The translations under genes and the position numbers were made by a program. From Heteronotia binoei (taxonomy: Eukaryota), in the NCBI RefSeq assembly GCF_032191835.1, contig NC_083237.1, positions 19,654,001 to 19,718,000 of the forward strand: a stretch of 64,000 bases of DNA, given 5' to 3'. The notes under the pieces were generated by a model, which was given only the letters and a program-made list of their open reading frames with translations, searched no databases and had not been told where the DNA came from. Positions 61,046 through 64,000 of this stretch are shown here, piece after piece (position 1 is the stretch's first letter; the number at the start of each line of letters is the position of its first letter).

Positions 61046-61114
61046 AATCAACTTGTTTGAAGTTGCATGTACAAAGTTTTAATGAGAGTGGGATTTTCTT
61101 TTATCTGCCAAAGG

Positions 61115-61300
61115 CAGGGCTTTTTTGGTAGAAAAAACCCTGGCGGGACTCATTTGCATAATAGGCCACACACCCCTGAGGTCACCATTGTTTTGCACAG
61201 GTCTTCTTTGCAGAAAAAGCCCAGCAGGGACTCATTTGCATATTGGGCCACACCCCCTGACACCAAGCCAGCTGGAACTGCGTTCCTGTGTGTTCCTGCT
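61115..61300. mobile_element. Octamer-family hAT MITE (reverse orientation) ~150 bp upstream of gene 5
   Basis: cagggctttttt left end; ATTTGCAT at 61152 and 61234; right TIR degraded. Confidence 0.75.
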
Positions 61301-61454
61301 AACCCCCCAACCATAGGTAACTGCTGATGGAATAGTATTACATCTGGCAAGAGTAAATGCTCTACGCAATTGTCCTCACAGGGTATCTCCGGGTGAGGCT
61401 CAACGCTCAATCCCTCTGTCTTTGTTCTCTTGCCTTTGCAATCCACAGGGCCCC

Positions 61455-61871
61455 ATGATGTCACCCAAGGGCCAGACCCTTTGCCTCCTGCTAACGGTGG
61501 CCTGCCCGTGGCTGCCCTGTGAGGCCATCGAGTATGTTGAGTTCCTGAAAAGGCACCTGGACTACCCCAAGTCCACCTTTGGAAATGACAACGCCTATTG
61601 CGAGGCGATGATGCACGACAGAGGCATGTTGTGTTGGCAGAGCAACACCTTCGTCCACGCCAGCGAGTACGAGGTGCAGTCCCTCTGCAGCTCCAGGGGG
61701 CACCTGGTGGCAGAACTGGAGAGGAGCTCCATCCCCTTCCCCATCACCGTCTGCTCCAGGAGAGGGAAGAAGCCCCAAGGGGCTTGCAGCTACGAGGGGA
61801 AGAGCCTGACCAAGGAGATCTGGGTCACCTGCCTGAAAGGCCTCCCCGTCTACTTCAACAAATATGGGTAG
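61455..61871 (+). CDS. Divergent RNase A superfamily protein 5 (138 aa; near neutral, catalytic Lys/His replaced)
   Basis: Signal peptide MMSPKG...PCEA; FLKRHLD, YCEAMM, CWQSNTFVH, six Cys, PVYF; pyrimidine tract and acceptor AG at 61447-61448. Confidence 0.9.
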   Translation: MMSPKGQTLCLLLTVACPWLPCEAIEYVEFLKRHLDYPKSTFGNDNAYCEAMMHDRGMLCWQSNTFVHASEYEVQSLCSSRGHLVAELERSSIPFPITVCSRRGKKPQGACSYEGKSLTKEIWVTCLKGLPVYFNKYG

Positions 61872-62163
61872 CCCCCGTGGGGGGGGGGGGAGCGTGGCAC
61901 CTCGTACGTGACAGATTCTACCGCTCTGCTTTGCCTTGTTCCCGCTTCATTGCCTCTCTTGCACTCAGAGCTGTTTGCTGCGCAGCGTGAAATGCCATGC
62001 GCCTGCTTCAGATATAAGCCACGACTTAAGTCGTTTGTGATGTCCCCTTTGGCCAGGGCTCAGCACTAATTCTGGTGCCAGGGCAGGGTTAAGGCCACAG
62101 TGCTCCTGCACACTCCAGAAGGTGCCGATCCCCTTCCAGCTTCCCCGCTGCTTCCCCTTGTGC

Positions 62164-62169
62164 AATAAA
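62164..62169 (+). terminator. Polyadenylation signal of gene 5
   Basis: AATAAA ~290 nt after the stop, similar 3' UTR length to genes 1-4. Confidence 0.65.
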
Positions 62170-62520
62170 CCCTTTTGTTAGAGCGACTTCTGTGTTTCTT
62201 TCCTTGTCCTCCATTGCCCTCTGGTGTTCCTGTTGCGCTATGACAAATCTTTCTCTCGGCTGCGTTGGAAGAGATAGTGGGGACCCTCCCCAGATATGGG
62301 CTTGCTGTCCTTAAGCAAGACCAGGGCTTTCTTGGCCCTGGCCCCCTGCCTGGTGGAGCTCTGCTGGAGAATATCTATGGCTTGTGGGATCTGTTACCTT
62401 TCCACAGGGCATGTAAGGCAGAGGTGTTTTGCCAGGCATTTGGTGAGGACAGCGACAGTACAGCATGTAGATAGATCCAAGTGGGCAGCCGTGTTGGTCT
62501 GAAGCAGTAGAACAACGTAG

Positions 62521-62690
62521 GGGTCAAGTTGCACCTTTAAGACCAACCAAGTTTTATTCAGAATGTAAGCTTTTGAATGCATGCATACTTCTTCAGACGA
62601 GGCTTTGTCTGAAGAAATATGCATGCATACAAAAGCTTACATTCTGAATAGAATTCGGTTGGTCTTAAAGGTGCAACTTGACTCCTACTG
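62521..62690. mobile_element. Head-to-head inverted pair of Penelope-like pLTRs, each with a degenerate hammerhead core
   Basis: Arms 62521-62598 and 62607-62683 around an 8-nt spacer; CTGAAGA...gcatgcat...AAAAGC on both strands. Confidence 0.65.
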
Positions 62691-62773
62691 TGTAGTACAG
62701 CATGTAGTTTGACACTCTCATACCCCCCCCCATTCTCCCCCCAGAAAGCCTGTGAAACTTGACACTTTTCTGC

Positions 62774-63028
62774 TGTAGTGTACTGAGAGACGAGTCGTGG
62801 TGAAGGCATAAGTATTTAATAGCTAGCACACTACCGAACTGGTTAACACGCGGTCGGGTCCGCTAATATATACAAGCATCCCGGAACATCCCCTTTGCTG
62901 GCCAGCCCAATCCTGGCCAGTTGAACTTCCCGCCCTTGGAGCTGATTGGGGTGGCTTTCCCGCGCTGCGCAAGGCGACCCGCGGGCGGCTCGGGTTGCGC
63001 GGCGCTGTGCTGATTCCAATACTCTACA
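62774..63028 (-). mobile_element. 3' LTR (255 bp) of a Ty3/Gypsy retrotransposon
   Basis: TGTAGAGT...ACACTACA termini; polypurine tract AGGAGGGGAGGAG at 63041-63029; TATATA near 62870 and ATTAAA at 62820-62815 on the minus strand. Confidence 0.85.
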
Positions 63029-63044
63029 CTCCTCCCCTCCTAGT

Positions 63045-64000
63045 TTAAACTACATAATCCTGTAGGTACGTTGGTGCCCTGCGTTCCCGGGTTGATCTCC
63101 TCGGGGTTGCTATTGGTGTGGAGCCCGACCCAGCTGCGGGTGGCTCCGTTTCTGGCGGTGGATGGTCCGGGTCGGGTAGCGGCTCTGGTACGGGTTCCGC
63201 GGCCCCGGGGACCTCGTATATGGGCTGTTCTTGAGTCGGCGGGGCCCCTTCTGGGGACTCCGTTTCCGGCAGTTCCCTGATCCCGGCTGCCTCCGGCTCT
63301 TCGGGCAGGGTGCGGCGGCGCAGCTGATCGATGTGTCGCCGCAGTACTTGGCCCCCTGCTGTGGTCACTTCGTAGGATCGGGAGCCGGTTACTCTCAGGA
63401 CCCTCCCGGCTACCCACTCCGGGCCGCTTGCGAAGTTTTTCGCGTACACCGGGTCGCCCGGAAAGAATCCCCTTACTGCCTCGCGAACCTCGGGGGACCC
63501 GCGGACCTCCGGCGCCCTGTCCGGGTGGAGCCTATCTAACCGGGTGGTCAGTTTCCTCCCCATGAGCAGCTCGGCGGGGCTGAAACCAGTTGTGGGGTTT
63601 GGGGTGATCCTGTTGTGGAACAGGAACGCGGAGAGGCGGTGGTCCCAATCCCCCTGGACAATGCGCCCTAGGGCTTCCTTGGTGGTCCGCACCATCCGCT
63701 CCGCCTGGCCGTTGGTGGCTGGATGGAAGGGAGCGGACCTTATGTGCCTTATCAGGTACCTCTCGGTGAACTCTCGGAATTCCCGGGAGGTGAAGGCCGT
63801 GCCGTTGTCCGTCACTAGGGTGTCAGGGATCCCGTGTGTGCAGAGAACCCTTCTGAGCGCCCGGACGGCTGCTGCGGTGGAGGTCGAGGTGACCGGGATC
63901 ACCTCCAACCATTTTGTGTGAGCATCTACCAGTATAAAGAAGAGTTGCCCCTGATGCGGCCCCGCGAAGTCTAAATGGAGGCGGGACCACGGCCGCCCGT
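63045..64000 (-). CDS. Gypsy pol, integrase core plus C-terminus (open to the window edge)
   Basis: RPWSRLHLDFAGP...LVDAHTKWLEV...LVTDNGTAF...NGQAERMV (D,D,E triad) and FFPGDPVYAK (GPY/F-like motif); no stops or frameshifts seen. Confidence 0.92.
   Translation of the reverse strand, partial: GRPWSRLHLDFAGPHQGQLFFILVDAHTKWLEVIPVTSTSTAAAVRALRRVLCTHGIPDTLVTDNGTAFTSREFREFTERYLIRHIRSAPFHPATNGQAERMVRTTKEALGRIVQGDWDHRLSAFLFHNRITPNPTTGFSPAELLMGRKLTTRLDRLHPDRAPEVRGSPEVREAVRGFFPGDPVYAKNFASGPEWVAGRVLRVTGSRSYEVTTAGGQVLRRHIDQLRRRTLPEEPEAAGIRELPETESPEGAPPTQEQPIYEVPGAAEPVPEPLPDPDHPPPETEPPAAGSGSTPIATPRRSTRERRAPTYLQDYVV

Noticed and set aside
61393-61448. Possible 56-nt intron (GTGAGG...CAG) before gene 5
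   Set aside because: Shorter than typical vertebrate introns and unsupported without transcripts.

Overview
Vertebrate genomic DNA, probably squamate and gecko-like. The taxon is inferred only from Squam2/Squam3/Sauria-type SINEs, CR1, L1 and Penelope repeats. The core of the window is a tandem cluster of five + strand RNase A superfamily genes, each with a single coding exon (15696, 27253, 41789, 55711, 61455). Genes 1-4 sit in four 11-14 kb segmental duplication units (A-D); gene 5 is an older paralog outside them. All five ORFs are intact, with a signal peptide, six cysteines and the His12-equivalent. All five lack the equivalents of catalytic Lys41 and His119. Genes 1-4 encode extremely cationic proteins (net +21 to +27 by my count); gene 5 is near neutral. 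This looks like an expanding family of secreted RNase-fold pseudoenzymes. Each internal duplication junction carries the same palindromic Penelope-like insert, absent from both outer edges. The rest is nested transposon debris: many hAT MITEs with 8-bp TSDs, Harbinger-like elements, an RPL29 retrocopy inside a TIR element, an internally deleted L1, and a young Gypsy element cut by the right edge. All alignments and counts were done by eye; repeat family names come from remembered resemblance, not database searches.
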